Assembly (NCBI RefSeq): GCF_006345805.1
Contig: NW_021835468.1
Span: 5,145-69,144 of the forward strand
Source of the DNA: Octopus sinensis
Lineage: Eukaryota
DNA length: 64,000 nucleotides
Reading direction: 5' to 3'
Below are positions 24,172 to 38,470 of this stretch, one piece after another. The position numbers were made by a program, and so were the translations under genes. Under the pieces are notes generated by a model. The model was not told the DNA's origin and did no database searches. It saw only the letters and a program-made list of their open reading frames with translations. The stretch's first letter is position 1, and the number at the start of each line of letters is the position of its first letter.

Positions 24172-25625
24172 GCTAAGGCACAGCATATCTCCAAAGGTCT
24201 CGGTCTCCTGTCATTGCCTCTGTGAGGCCCAACTTTTGAAGGCCATGCCTCACCACCTCATCCCATGTCTTCCTGGGTCTACCTCTTCCACAGGTTCCTT
24301 CCACTGTCAGAGAGTAGCACTTCCTCACACAGCTGTCCTCATCCACATGTAACACATGACCATACCAGTGCAGTCGTCTCTCTTGCACACCAAATCTGAT
24401 GCTTCTTAGGTCCAACTTTTCTCTCAGGGTACTTACACTCTGTTGTGTATGCACACTGACATTACACATCCAGTGGATCATACTAGCTTCATTTCTTTCA
24501 AGCCTCGTCAAGTCCTCAGCAATCATGGCCCATGTTTCACTGCTGTGTAGCATGGCAGTTCACACACATGCATCATACAGTTCACTTTTCATCCTGAGCG
24601 AGAGTAGAAGTAGGAGCTCCCTGAACTTTGCCCAGCCTATTCTTATTCTAGTAGCTACACTCTCAGAGCAACCACCCCCACTACAGATTTGATTACCTAG
24701 GTAGCGATAGCTATCAACTACATCTAGTTTTTTTCCTTGGCATGTGATAGAATCTGTTTTCTGTACATCTTCAGTGTTTATTGCCCTTGTGCATCTGCCA
24801 CACACAAAAACTCTTTCTGGTTAACCTTCCTTTGATATTGCTGCACCTTTTATGTGTCCATAGCTTATACCATGTACATCATATGGAGTTTCTACCCACA
24901 CCTTTTCTACAGATCGAACAGGGCCATCTACATGAAGGGGTTTGTGATTTGACAGCCTTCCTACTTACTAAGACTTAGGTTTTTGCTAGATGAGCCCTAA
25001 GGCCCTTCAATTCTAGACCTTGCTTCCACACCCCAAACTTCGTCTCTAGTCCTGGCAGTGACACAGCTATTAGAGCAAGGTCATCAGCACAGAGGAGCTT
25101 CCAGGGGCAGCCTGTCTTGAATTCTTCTGTTATTGCCCGCAAAACTATGATGAATAAGAGGGGGCTGATGACTGATCCTTGGTGAACCCTTACTTCAACC
25201 CGGAATTCTTCACTATACTTGTTGCCAACCCTCACCTTACTGGCAGAATCCTTGTATAGCTCTTAGCAACCACTCATTTATCCCCAGTTTCTGCATTGAC
25301 CACCAGATAAGGGCTTAGGGGACCCTGTCAAAGGCTTTCTCCAAATCAACAAAAGCCAAGTACAGAGGTTTATCTGTGGCTAAGTATTTCTCCTACAGCT
25401 GTCTTACCAGAAATATAGCATCAGTGGTGCTTCTCCCTGGAACAAGCCCAAACTGCATCTCATTTAGACTGACTCTCTCCCTAATTAGTTGGGCTATAAC
25501 CCTCTCTATGACTTCCATTACCTGATCCAACAACTTGATACCTGAGTAATTATTTGTATCTAATGCATCACCTTTACCTTTGTAGCAGTTGACTATGGTG
25601 CTGCTACACCAGTCATTGGGTATAT
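24172..25625 (-). mobile_element. RTE LINE ORF2 fragment (RT, PHD finger, C-terminus), degenerate
   Basis: IPNDWCSSTIV..YKGKGD, MQFGLVPGRSTTDAIF, VHQGSVISPLLF, LLCADD, WYGHV, GRGRPRKTW, with frameshifts. Confidence 0.93.
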
Positions 25626-25716
25626 ATACATATTTCATCATGCTGAACAATCAATCCCTACACACTTTTTCTCTCTCTATTCGTGTTCTTTCCATTTTTT
25701 TCCCTCTCAATCATTC

Positions 25717-25744
25717 CTGTCAAAGAGCATAGGCTTGAAACATC
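25717..25744 (+). ncRNA. CpG-decayed hammerhead-like relic in a probable PLE remnant (about 25655-25840)
   Basis: CTGTCAA-A-GAGC ATAG GCTT-GAAA-CA-TC; reverting four CpG-type changes gives CTGTCGA-A-GAGC GTAG GCTC-GAAA-CG-TC. Stem I is not supported. Confidence 0.35.
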
Positions 25745-25849
25745 AAAACCTTTTCTATTCTTCCCAAGCATCAAACTAATACACCTGCTTGTTCTTCTTT
25801 GACCTGTCTTCATCTTTTGTCTTCTGTAAATGCGAACTATATACATATA

Positions 25850-26308
25850 CTAGTAGCTAAGCCCGGTTTCACCCTGTTGGTTTGAATGATGTGGCTGTAA
25901 AACGTGCTCTGTGTAAGCATTCGACATGTTTGGGCACGCTTACGTTAAAAAAATTTTAGAATGAAATTTTTCTGTCAAAACGCTAAAAATAACTGACCTA
26001 CAAAAAAAAAAAAAACCAAGATTCAACCAAATCAAAAAATAAACCCAAATACTAAGTGAACAAAGATGAACCATCCCACTTCCATTGCACACAGACACAC
26101 ACACACGCAGACAAACGCACATTCACATACCCCACTTTTACATAGACACACATGTATTCACACAGAGTTGAAACGCTGTTTGATTTATTTTTGTCAGCGT
26201 ACAATTTTCATCATCCCACTACCAAGTATGACATCACCCCTTCCTTCCTTATTCATCTATCACCCCTTCCTTTCTGATTCATAAACACAAGAGTATTATT
26301 ATAGTAGA
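25850..26308 (-). mobile_element. Non-autonomous Helitron
   Basis: A|TCTACTATAATAATA...CAGGGTGAAACCGGGCTTAGCTACTAG|T. Confidence 0.72.
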
Positions 26309-26937
26309 TTATCTCGGTAACCATGGAAGCTATGATAAAAATACAAAACCCAGCAGCTGGATCATTCTACTCATCTGTGTAATTTTTTGCACAATTCATG
26401 CCGGTGGCATGTAAAATGCGCCATCCAATTGTGGTCGTTTGCCAGCCTCGTCTGGCATGTAAAAAGCACCCACTAAACTCACGGAGTGGTTGGCGTTAGG
26501 AAGGGCATCCAGCCGTAGAAACATTGCCAGATCAGACTGGGCCTGGTGCAGCCTTCTGGCTTCCCAGACCCCAGTTGTACCGTCCAACCCATGCCAGCAT
26601 GGAAAGCGGACGCTAAACGATGATGATGACAATGATGAATTCCACCCAGCCGTTTGACCATGAATCCCAAGACAAGAAAGAATTGCCCATCTCAAATTTA
26701 TATGTATGTGTATATATATAGTTCACATTTAAAAGCAGTGTTAGTGCTGTAAACATCATTAATTGTACATGCTCAATGAATGCGATTTGCTTGTTTGCCA
26801 GTAAGCTGCGGGAAGAGCACAGGGGGGATGACTACCACATTTTGCCAGGTGTTAAAATACCTGAAAGTCATAGACAGGTGAGACAGCTCACCTGTTTATG
26901 TGTGTGTGTATGTGTAAATATATATATATATATATAT

Positions 26938-27099
26938 AGGTGCAGGTGTGGCTGTGTGGTAAGAAGTTTGCTTACCAACAACATTGTTCTGGGTTCAGTC
27001 CCTCTGCGTGGCACCTTGAGCAAGTGACTTCTACTATAGCCTCAGGCTGACCAAAGCCTTGTGAGTGGATTTGGTAGATGGAAACTGAAAGAAGCCCAT

Positions 27100-27147
<48 letters not shown>

Positions 27148-27362
27148 CGTATGTATTTGTGTGTCTGTGTTTGTCCCCCCACCACCATTGCTTGACAACC
27201 GATGTTGGCGTGTTTACATCCCTGTAACGTAGCAGTTCGGCAAAAGAGACCAATAGAATAAGTATCAGGCTTACAAAGAATAAGTCCTGGGGTCGATTTG
27301 CTCAACTAAAGGCAGTGCTCCAGCCTGGCCACAGTCAAATGACTGAATCAAAGAGTAAAAGA
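26938..27362 (+). mobile_element. SINE family A
   Basis: Colinear full copy. Confidence 0.88.
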
Positions 27363-27394
<32 letters not shown>

Positions 27395-28064
27395 ACAGGG
27401 CTGGTGGAGGGGGCACCCCCCCTGGGTGTCTGTGTTTGTCCTCCACCACTGCTTGACAACCAGTGTTGATGTGCTTATGTCCCTGTAACTTAGCAACTCA
27501 GCAAAAGAGACCAATAGAATGAATCCCCAGGCTTAACACAAAAATTAAGTCCTGGGGTGGATTCTTTCAACTAATAATTCCTCAAGGCAGTGCCCCAGCA
27601 TGGCCGCAGTCGAATGCCGAAAACAAGTAAAAGATAAAAGGGAAAAGCGAGAAGATAAAGAGGATATTGTTATCAAAGTTATTAATGATATTTTAAGCTG
27701 TAAAAAATCCAGGTTTTATGGCCAACGGAGATGTCAGCCATTCTTCGTGAGGGCACTTGAGTCTAGACAAATGTTACGGCAAACCAAATGGACTGACAAG
27801 AATTCCAAACACGGTTCTTGTAGCTCTCGTGTTCTCTAATTTTTATCCTATTCATTTCACTGAAAAGCCTATTTATGAGGACAACAATTCAATGAAAATG
27901 AGTTCAGACATTTCATAATCCCCCCCCCTTTTTTTTTGTGACCCTCTTGACAAAATCTACTTTATGAAAAAAAAATATAAAGTGGCTTTGATAATTTGTT
28001 TTGGAAATGTGTTGGAGATGATAATAAAATATGGAAATAGAAATTGTTTATGAGATTGTTGAGA

Positions 28065-28105
<41 letters not shown>

Positions 28106-28154
28106 TAACAACAACAATAATAATAATAATAATAATGATAATAATAATAATAAT

Positions 28155-28326
28155 AGGCGCAGGAGCGGCTGTGTGGTAAGTAGCTTGCTTACCAACCACA
28201 TGGTTCCGGGTTCAGTCCCATTGCGTGGCACCTTCGGCAAGTGTCTTCTACTATAGCCTCGGGCCGACTAAAGCCTTGTGAGTGGATTTGGTAGACGGAA
28301 ACTGAAAGAAGCCCGTCGTATATATG

Positions 28327-28359
<33 letters not shown>

Positions 28360-28590
28360 TTGCGTGTGTGTTTGTGTGTCTGTGCTTGTTCCCCACCACC
28401 AACATTGCTTGACAACCGATGCTGGTGTGTTTATGTCCCCGTAACTTAGCGGTTCGGCAAAAAGAGACCGATAGAATAAGTACTGGGATTACAAAGAATA
28501 TGTCCTGGGGGCGGTTTACTCGACTAAAGGCAGTGCTCCAGCATGGCCACAGTCAAATGACTGAAACAAGTAAAAGAGTAAAGAAAAGAG
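28155..28590 (+). mobile_element. SINE family A
   Basis: Full copy inserted in (AAT)n. Confidence 0.9.
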
Positions 28591-28858
28591 AGAATATTAA
28601 TAATAATAATCCTTTCTACTAAAGACACAAGACCTGAAATTGTTGGGGAAGAGACTACTTGATTGCATGGACCTCAGTGTGTCACTGGTACTTAATCTAT
28701 TGACCCCGAAAGGATGAAAGGCAAGATTGACCATGGCAGAATTTGAACTCAGAATGTAGCGACAGGTAAAATACCACTAAGTATTTCGTCCAGTGTGCTA
28801 ACAATTCTGTCAGCTCACCACTTCAATAATGATGACGATGATGATGATGATGATGATG

Positions 28859-28889
<31 letters not shown>

Positions 28890-29154
28890 TCACTATAGAC
28901 ACAAGGCCTGAAATTTTTGGGAAGGGGACTGCTCAATTATATCGACCCCAGTGTTTCACTGGTATTTGTTTTATTGACACGGAAAGGATGAAAGGCAAAG
29001 TCGACCTTGGTGGAATTGGAACTCAGAATGTAAAGACAGGCGAAATACTGCTAAGCATTTCACCCAGCATGCTTAACCATTCTGCCAGCTCACTGCCTTA
29101 AAGATGACCATCACTTGTTAATGTAATCTACTTTGTGTTGGTTAGTCACAGGAG

Positions 29155-29590
29155 GTTTACATATGTGTATATATGTATGTATATGCATTTCTATGTATGC
29201 ATGTATGTATATATATGTATTTGTATGTATGCATATATGTATATGCATTTGTATGTATGCATATATGTATGTATATGTATTTATATATATGTATGCATGA
29301 ATGTATATATATATGTATTTGTATGTATGCATATATGTATGTATATGTATTTATATGTATGTATGCATGAATGTATATATATGTATTTGTATGTATGCAT
29401 ATATGTATGTATATGTATTTATATGTATGCATGAATGTATATATATGTATTTGAACGTATGCATATATGTATGTATATGCATTTGTATGTATGTATGCAT
29501 GAATGTATATATATGTATTTGTATGTATGCGTATATGTATGTATATGCATTTGTATGTATACTCATTTGTATGTATGTATATATATGTAT
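29155..29590. repeat. ATGT-derived minisatellite (period about 66 bp)
   Basis: Recurrent GTATGCATGAATGTATATATATGTATTTG blocks. Confidence 0.8.
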
Positions 29591-29591
29591 T

Positions 29592-30347
29592 TGTAACAAT
29601 AAGGTTTTTAGAGGAAGTCGAGGGTCACCAATTGTAATGATTAAGATTTTATTAGTGTAGTTACTAATTGTAACGGGTAAGATTGATTAGGTACACGATA
29701 ATATGAAATGTCAGTCAGCAGTTGTGACGATAATAATTTGTTGCTATAACGCCAGCCTCGTCTGGCACCTGTGTCGGTGGCACATAAAAAACACCATCCG
29801 AGCGTGGCCGTTCGCTAGCCTCGTCTGGCACCTGTGTCGGTGGCACATAAAATCACCCACTACACTCTCGGAGTGGTTGGCGTTAGGAAGGGCATCCAGC
29901 TGTAGAAACACTGTCAGATCAGACTGGGCCTAGTGCAGCCTTCTGGCTTCCCAGACCCCGGTCGAACCGTCCAACCCATGCTAGCATGGAAAGCGGACGT
30001 TAAACGATGATGATGATGATGATGATGAACGTCAAGTTGTAAGATGTGAAAGATGAACAATGCATGAAGTTTTAAGGAAATATTCACCGTTACGTTACAA
30101 TACCTTGCCTCGATGGGCAGGTTAATGATAAATCCAAAAGCATGTGAAGTAAAGTTTGTGTTTGTGTTCTCTTCATTGTTTAGTAGTAATTACAGAGAGA
30201 GATAGAATGATGTTGTAAGAGAACAGAATTAGAGCTAGTGAGAGTTGTAGGGTGTTGTCTCACGGTTGCTGACAATAAACTTCATTTCTCCCTCTGACCA
30301 AGGTTCTAGCTGGTCAGCCAGACTTTGTTCTCACTGAGTTGTTACCA
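29592..30347 (+). mobile_element. Probable Gypsy-type LTR with PBS-like sequence, interrupted by an RTE 3'-UTR copy (29750-30027)
   Basis: TGTAACAA...TTGTTACCA termini, AATAAA at 30274, TGG 3 nt downstream of the end. Confidence 0.6.
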
Positions 30348-30836
30348 AAGTGGCTAACTGGTTGAGTGAACCATGTGACTGAACTCACTTTTTGCTTGGG
30401 GGGTTTATGCTTTTATAACTATCCAGAAGGATAGACATATTATTGAGAACAATAGATTTAGTTAGTGGTCTTGTTATCTCTATTCTAGCTTTTGGTGAAG
30501 TAGAAGAGGTTAGAAAGGGTCAAGTGGTGAAGACATTATTTTGGCCTAGCTAAAGGCATCTGGAAAATGTAAAACTGCTGTCAGAGAAAAACCATTGATC
30601 CACCGTGGGAACAGTTCTGTTGCAGTGTTAATTTAAACTTGGCTATAATGGATCGAATCCACTTCATGCATGCAAGATCCACTACATATTTGTATGTGTG
30701 CATATATGTATGTATGTATATATGTATGAATGTATTTGCATGTATATACGTGCTTTTATACATACATAGAAATAGGTACATGCGCATTTCAGAGTGCACG
30801 ATCATGCTTATCATCTGTGAGCGTGTGTGTGTATAT

Positions 30837-31229
30837 TACTCTTTTACTTGTTTCAATCATTTGACTGCGGCCATGCTGGAGCACCGCCTTTAGTCGAGCA
30901 CATCGACCCCAGAACTTATTCTTTGTAAGCCTAGTACTTATTCTATCGGTCTCTTTTGTCGAACCGCTAAGTAATGGGGACATAAACACACCAGCATCGG
31001 TTGTCAAGCAATGCTAGGGGGACAAACACACACACACGCACACAACATATATATATACATATATACGACGGGCTTCTTTCAGTTTCCGTCTACCAAATCC
31101 ACTCACAAGGCTTTGGTCGGCCCGCGGCTATAGTAGAAGACTCTTGCCCAAGGTGCCATGCAGTGGGACTGAACCCGGAACCATGTGGTTGGTAAACAAG
31201 CTACTTACCACACAGCCACTCCTGCGCCT
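30837..31229 (-). mobile_element. SINE family A
   Basis: Full copy. Confidence 0.9.
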
Positions 31230-31275
31230 ATACATATATATACATATATTTTATATATATATATATATAATATAC

Positions 31276-31317
<42 letters not shown>

Positions 31318-31378
31318 ATAACACATATATATACATATATACACATATATATACATATATATATACATATAATATACA

Positions 31379-31438
<60 letters not shown>

Positions 31439-32049
31439 ATGTACACTATGCATTTATAAAACATCAGTAATGTAAATCCGAGAGATCTTAGGAGGTTGTT
31501 TTCGCCGCCCTTTTGTGCCAAACACTTTCTTTCCCTGTTTCTTTCGTTGAATTTCAACCCCCAATTTTTTTTTAAAAAGGCACAAAAACACAAAATAAAA
31601 AAAAAAATTCAAAAGAAATCCACAGATATAAAACAACATAAAAACAATTAAAAAACAACAGACAAAATAAATGCTAAATTTGTTGCTGATTTCGTTTCAA
31701 TCTCCAGCTTAATCACTTCAGAAAAAAACCCCAAAAACCCTGACTTCTGCCGCCCTTTAAAATTATACATCGTTGTTGTCATTAAATTAATAAATCTCAC
31801 TCATTCGCTTAACAGACCTTATTTTTGTTCTGCTTGTTGTTTTTCGCATGTTTTTTTTTTCTCCTTTTTATTGAGGTTTTCTTATTAATGTTGATTTTTT
31901 TCCTTTCATTAATGCGGACAGGGGGTGTTTCTGCTTACCTCCCCTTCCTTTTCTCTCTCCTGTTATTTAACGTTATTTATCCCATGTCACTTTTGCTTAA
32001 GTTCTTCCTTCACTTTTCCCTTTTTTTCCCCATTTTTTAATTGTCTTAT

Positions 32050-32079
32050 CTGCCATGCTCTCTCTCTCTCTCCCTCTCC

Positions 32080-32114
<35 letters not shown>

Positions 32115-32442
32115 AACTGTGTCTGTCTATTTATCTCAGTCTTTCTCTACCTGTCTGTCTTTCTCTCTCTCTCTCTTCCTGTGTGTTTCTCTCTCTATCT
32201 CGATCTTTCTCTGTCAGTCCGTCTCTCTCTCTCTCTTCCTGTGTGTTTCTCTCTCTGTCTCTTTCTAATTGTGTCTGTCTATCTCTCTCTCTCTCTCCCT
32301 CCCCTCTCTCTGCCTTTCACTATCACTCTCTCCAACTGTCTATGCATCTGTCTGTCTGTCTCAATCTTTCTCTGTCAGTCTGTCTCTCTCTCTCTCTCTT
32401 CCTCTGTGTGTTTCTCTCTCTGTCTCTTTCTAATTGTGTCTG

Positions 32443-32473
<31 letters not shown>

Positions 32474-33015
32474 AACTGTGTCTGTCTATTTATCTCAGTC
32501 TTTCTCTACCTGTCTGTCTTTCTCTTTCTCTCTCTGTTTTTCTGACTGTCTATCTAAGTCTTTCTCTGCCTCTCTCTCTCTCTCTCTCATTGTGTCTGTC
32601 TATCTTTGTCTGTCTGTCTGTCTCTGAGTCTCTCTTTCTCTTTCTTTTTCAAACTGTCTGTTTATCTTTCTAATTCTCTTTCTCTCTCTTTCTCTCTAAA
32701 TGTGTCTTTTTGTTTCAGTCTTTCTGTTTGTCTGTCTGTCTGTCTGTCTTTCTAACTGCCTATCTTTCTAACCATGTCTGCTTTTCTCTCTCTCTCTCTC
32801 CCTCACTGTCTCTATCAATATCTCTCTCTCTCTTTCCCTCCTTTCCTTTGTCTTTCTCTCTCTCCCTCACTGTCTCTATCAATATCTCTCTCTCTTTCCC
32901 TCCTTTCCTTTGTCTCTCTCTCTCTTTCCCTCCTTTCCTTTGTCTCTCTCTCTCTCCCTCACTGTCTCTATCAATGTCTCTCCTTCTCTCTGCCTCACTC
33001 TCTTTCTCTCTCTCA
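32050..33015. repeat. (CT)n/(CTGT)n low-complexity tract with internal block duplications
   Basis: Read directly. Confidence 0.92.
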
Positions 33016-33236
33016 CCCTTTTGTTCTCGTACTTCTCATTAAACTACACTGCTTTTGTTTCAATTAATCTTGAAAAAACGAGCAAGAATTCAGTAAAATG
33101 TCTTCATCCTTAATCTGGTGATTAGAAATTAAGTTTACATTGAATCTCGATGAAACCTTTTCCATTTCCATCACTTTACCAAAGGAAGCTAATTATCATA
33201 GAACCAGGGTCAGTTTCCAGTAGCTTCGTCTGTACA

Positions 33237-34333
33237 AGGTTAGCCCTTTAGCATTTAAGCTGACCATATCTGGCTCAAATACTCAACCTTGTTTTATGTT
33301 TAACCCATTAGCATTTAAACCGGCCATATCCGGCCAAAAGTATTCTGCCTGTTTTATGTTCAAACTGGCCAGATCTGGTCTCTCACACCAACCCTACAAT
33401 ATCATTTTAAAAATTAACAGCTTCCTCATCAAAATCTCAGCACTACAAGATAATGCATGATTAGTTCAAAACAATGTGGATAAAAAAGGATTAATTTTGG
33501 CAGAATAATGCGAACACTAAAGGATTAAACCAGCCAGATCTGGCTTCTCATACCTTTCCTACAATGTCATTCTAAAAATAAACAATCCCATCATTAATAT
33601 CTCAAAATTATGAGATAATGAATGATAAATTGAAAGCAATCATCATCATCATCATCATCATTTAATGTCCCTTGTTCATGCTGACATGGGTTGGACGGTT
33701 TGACCAGGGCTGGGAAGCTGGAAGGCTGCACCAGACTCCAGTCTGAATTGGCATGATTTTCCATGGCTGGATGCCCTTCCTAATGCCAACCACTCTGAGA
33801 GTGTAATGGGTGCTTTTACGTGCCACTGGCACAGGTGCCATGTGCATCACACTGGTATCTGCCACAACTGTGATTTTGCTTGGCTTGGTGGGTCTTCTTC
33901 TCAAGCGTGACATAATGCCAAAGGTCTTGGTCATTGCCCCCGTGAGGCCCAACACTCAAAAGGAATTTGGCCACTTTGCCTCTGGATAAATAAGGATCAC
34001 AGTTGACAGAATAATCTGAATGCTAAAGGGTTGAATCGGCCATATCTAGTCCAAATATTCTACTTTTTTTTTTGTTCAGACTTGTCAGATCCACCCTCTC
34101 ACACCTACCCTACAATGTCATTCTGAAAATAAACAATCCCATCATTGAAATCTCAAAGCCACGAGATGATGCAGTCTGAATGCTAAAGGGTTGAATCGGC
34201 CATATCTAGTCCAAATATTCTACTTTTTTTTTTGTTCAGACTTGTCAGATCCACCCTCTCACACCTACCCTACAATGTCATTCTGAAAATAAACAATCCC
34301 ATCATTGAAATCTCAAAGCCATGAGATGATGCA
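33237..34333. mobile_element. Nested and tandem TTAA-MITE copies (same family as 5236-5455) with an RTE UTR fragment
   Basis: Repeated CCCTTTAGCATT / AATGCTAAAGGG ends; 160-bp tandem duplication at 34015 and 34175. Confidence 0.75.
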
Positions 34334-34615
34334 AGAATAAATGCAAATAATGCGAATAAATAAGCAAAATCGACCAAAATCTGGTCCAAGTTTTTTACCT
34401 TTGATAATAATTAAATCTGCAACTGAGAAGAGATAATTAATTTGGCAACGATTTACTAAAGTTATTTTTTCGAAGCCATTTATTACTCGAGAAAAATAAT
34501 TTAAGGTCTCGTTTTTGTAAATTGTTGCACAACCTGCCACCTTCTAATTAGTAGTTTCATCACCCCACCATCACCACCACCACAATAATAATAATAATAA
34601 TAATAATGACAACAA

Positions 34616-35104
34616 CATTGTTTTGTCTTGGTATAAAAGATGGGCTGCAGCAAATATTCTGCTCAGTACCACAGATTTGTTTGTCAGTTGTTTGACCGTA
34701 ACCAGTTGAGCATGTCCCTTAGTGGCTGACGATATGTGCATCTCTGATCATGTGCAGGAGTAGTGGGGGACCATCATAGCCATATGTTGAGAGGAATTCT
34801 TTGGGGTTTGAATAATTCCCTTCTGGAAACATGGGTATTTTTTTATCATCCTCAAACAACCCTTATTCAGGGACCTTTTGAGGAGAATGGGCTACTTAAC
34901 CTGAAGAAAATTCTAACTGGGCCCCACCTGCAAGGTCATGTGCTGTTTATCTTGATATGAGATCACCATGTCACACACATATGGTTGTGATGCATGTGCC
35001 TGGTGTATCCTTACCAGATGGGTAGTCATGATGGGTATACTGGGCTTCGTATATTTGTACCCCAGTGTTACCTTGATGGCATACTCTGTTCTCTCACTCA
35101 ATAA
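34616..35104 (+). mobile_element. Unclassified repeat in (AAT)n, probably a non-LTR 3' end
   Basis: Reverse complement of part of 46063-46612; same end CTCTCACTCAATAA, variable other end. Confidence 0.7.
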
Positions 35105-35996
35105 GGATAGTAATAACCCTTTCTACCAAAGGAACAAAGCCTGAAATCTTTTGGGAAGGGGGGGTAGTTGATTAGATCAACCCCAGTATGCAACTGGTAC
35201 TTAATTTATTGACATTGAAAGGTTGAAAGGCAAAGTGAACCACGGTGGAATTTGAACTCAGAACGTAAAGACAAACAAAATACCGCTAAGCATTTCGCCC
35301 GGTGTGCTAACGTTTCTGCCAGCTTGCCGCCTTGCTAGTCAATTATATCAACCCCAGAATCGGTTGTCAAGCAATGCTAGGGGGACAGGCACAGACACAC
35401 AAACATATACACACACATACATATATATATATATACATATATACGACAGGCTTCTTTCAGTTTCCGTCTACCAAATCCACTCACAAGGCATTGGTCGGCC
35501 CGAGGCTATAGCAGAAGACACTTGCCCAAGATGCCAGGCAGTGGAACTGAACCCGGAACCATGTGGTTGGTTAGCAAGCTACTTACCACACAGCCACTCC
35601 TGTGCCTATTCTAATAATGACGAAAATAATAAAATGACAAAAATTTGTAAACTCCTTAGAATATCAAAATATAAACCGTCAACAAAAGAAGGTAAAAATA
35701 TTGAAAAGAAAAAGAAAAAAGAAGAAAAAAAAAGAAGGCAGTAAAAAGGAAATAATAGAAAAAGCAATCCAAAAAGTCTGTGAATGCTTTTCTTTCATTC
35801 CATAAAAGCGACCGTTTTGCAGCCGTGCAATTCCAAACATTGTTTTACTGCAATGAAATCAGAATGTTATTTTACTCCATGCTAGATTGTGGTGTTTTTA
35901 TTTAATGGTTTTTGCTTTTGCTATTTTTTAAATTTATTTTTCTATTTCTTAGTTTTTATTTTTATTTTTATTTGTAATTTTTCTTTCAGTAAATTA

Positions 35997-36030
<34 letters not shown>

Positions 36031-36259
36031 GTCTTCCAATTACATTTCATACCTGATTCTAATGAGTTGTTAATCACCTGACACCCTGAAGCTACAAAGA
36101 AATGGAGGAAAAAGATGGAATTGTGGATAATAATAATCAGAATCATAACGATGATGATGATGATAAAGTTAAGGGAGAGGGGGGTGGGAGTGAAGAAAAG
36201 AGAATAATAAAGTGGATATCAGAAGAAACAATACAGAGAAACGAGGGGGTGGGAGAAGG

Positions 36260-36298
<39 letters not shown>

Positions 36299-36489
36299 CT
36301 TACACATACACATATTTACACACATACCACACACACACAGAGACACACACACGCGCACATGCATACTTACAAGCGCACACACACACACGTGTTTACGCAC
36401 ACACATACACACGCACAACGTGGATCAACTTGGATATTCTTGTCGGAAGAAGCCTGAACACAAAGTGTTAAATTTGGGACACTTCCTAT

Positions 36490-36879
36490 TATCATCATCA
36501 TCATCATCATCATTGAAAACATTGAAATCATCATCATCATCATCACATCACCACCACCACCATCATCATCATCATCACCACCACCATCATCACCATCATC
36601 AACACCACCACCACCACCATCATCATCACCACCACCATCATCATCATCATCACCACCACCACCATCATCACCATCATCATTGAAAACATTGAAATCATCA
36701 TCATCACCATTGAAAACATTGAAACCATCATCATCACCATCACCACCATCATCATCACCACCATCATCACCACCACCATCATCATCACCATCATCACCAC
36801 CACCATCATCATCATCATCATCATAATCATCACCATCATCATCATCACCACCATCATCATCACCATCACCACCACCACC

Positions 36880-36911
<32 letters not shown>

Positions 36912-36990
36912 TGAAAACATTGAAATCATTAACACCACCACCACGACCACCACCACCACCATCACCACCATCATCATCAACATCATCATC
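36490..36990. repeat. (CAT/CAC)n tract punctuated by TTGAAAACATTGAAA motifs
   Basis: Motif near 36513, 36680, 36710 and 36911. Confidence 0.9.
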
Positions 36991-36992
36991 GT

Positions 36993-38220
36993 CAAGGCAG
37001 TAAGCTGGCAGAATCGTTAGCACACCGGGTGAAATGCTCAGTGACATTTCGCCTGACTTTATGTTCTGAGTTCAAATTCTGCCAAAGTCGACTTTGCCTT
37101 TCATCCTTTCGGGGTTGATAACTTAAGTACCAGTTGAGTACTAGGGTCGATGCAGTTGACTAGCCCCTTCTCCCAAATTTCAGGCCATCTGCCTATAATA
37201 GAAAGGATTATAATTGTTGATACTGATAAGGTGTTGAGCTGGCAGATTCGTTAGGACATCGGGCGAAATGCTAAACCGTATGTCGTCTGCTGCTACGTTC
37301 TGAGTTCAAATTCTGCCAAGGTCAACTTTGTCCTTCATCCTTTCGGGGGTCAATAAATTAAGTACCAAGTGAAACACGGGTCGATGTAATTGACTTACCC
37401 ACTCCTTCAAAATTTCAGCCCTTCTGCTTTTACTAGAAAGGACTCAAGATGGCAGAATCATTAACACGCCAGTCAAAATGCTCAACAGCATTTTGTCTGT
37501 CTATTTGTTTTGAGTTCAAATTCTGCCGCAGTCGACTTTGCCTTTCATCCTTTCGGGGGTCGATTAAATAAATACCAGTTACGCACTAGGGTCAATGTAA
37601 TCGACTTAATCCCATCCCCTGAATTTGAGGCCTTGTGCTTCCAGTAGAAAGTACTATCATTATAGCAGTACTTTGTGGAGGCGCAATGGCCCAGTGGTTA
37701 GGGCAGCGGACTCGCGGTCGTAGGATCATGGTTTCGATTCCCAGACCGGGCGTTGTGAGTGTTTATTGAGCGAAAACATCTAAAGCTCCACGAGGCTCCG
37801 GCAGGGGATGGTGGTGATCCCTGCTGTACTCTTTCACCACAACTTTCTCTCACTCTTACTTCCTGTTTCTGTTGTACCTGTATTTCAAAGGGCCGGCCTT
37901 GTCACTCTCTGTGTCACGCTGAATATCCCCGAGAACTACGTTAAGGGTGCACTTGTCTGTGGAGTGCTCAGCCACTTACACGTTAATTTCACGAGCAGGC
38001 TGTTCCGTTGATCGGATCAACCGGAACCCTCGTCGTCGTAACCGACGGAGTGCTTCCACCACTTTGTCTGCCCCTACGTTCTGAGTTCAAATTCCACTGA
38101 GGTCGACTTTGCCTTTCATCCTTTCGAGGTCGATTAAATAAGTATCAGTTACACACTGGGGTCGATGTAATCGACTTAATCCCTTTGTCTGTCCTTGTTT
38201 GTCCCCTCTGTGTTTAGCCC
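36993..38220 (+). mobile_element. Head-to-tail SINE family C array
   Basis: About 4 copies in the same orientation. Confidence 0.85.
37677..38058 (+). mobile_element. SINE family B
   Basis: Full copy; TSD ACTTTGT. Confidence 0.92.
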
Positions 38221-38470
38221 GAACCAAGGGAAGTAAATGTGTTTGGTTGCATCTCGTGGCATCCCTGTCGATTAATTTTAGTAGCTGTTGGGGCCTGGTG
38301 GTGGTGAGTATTTAAGGGGAAATAAAGGCAGCAAAGAGCTGGTGGTGGTGGTGGGGTCTAAGGAGACAGAAAGGATAGGAAGAGAGAAGCAGAGGTGTGT
38401 GTGTGTATATATGTATGTATATATGTGTGTGTACATGTGTGTGTATGTGTATGTACGTATATATATATAT

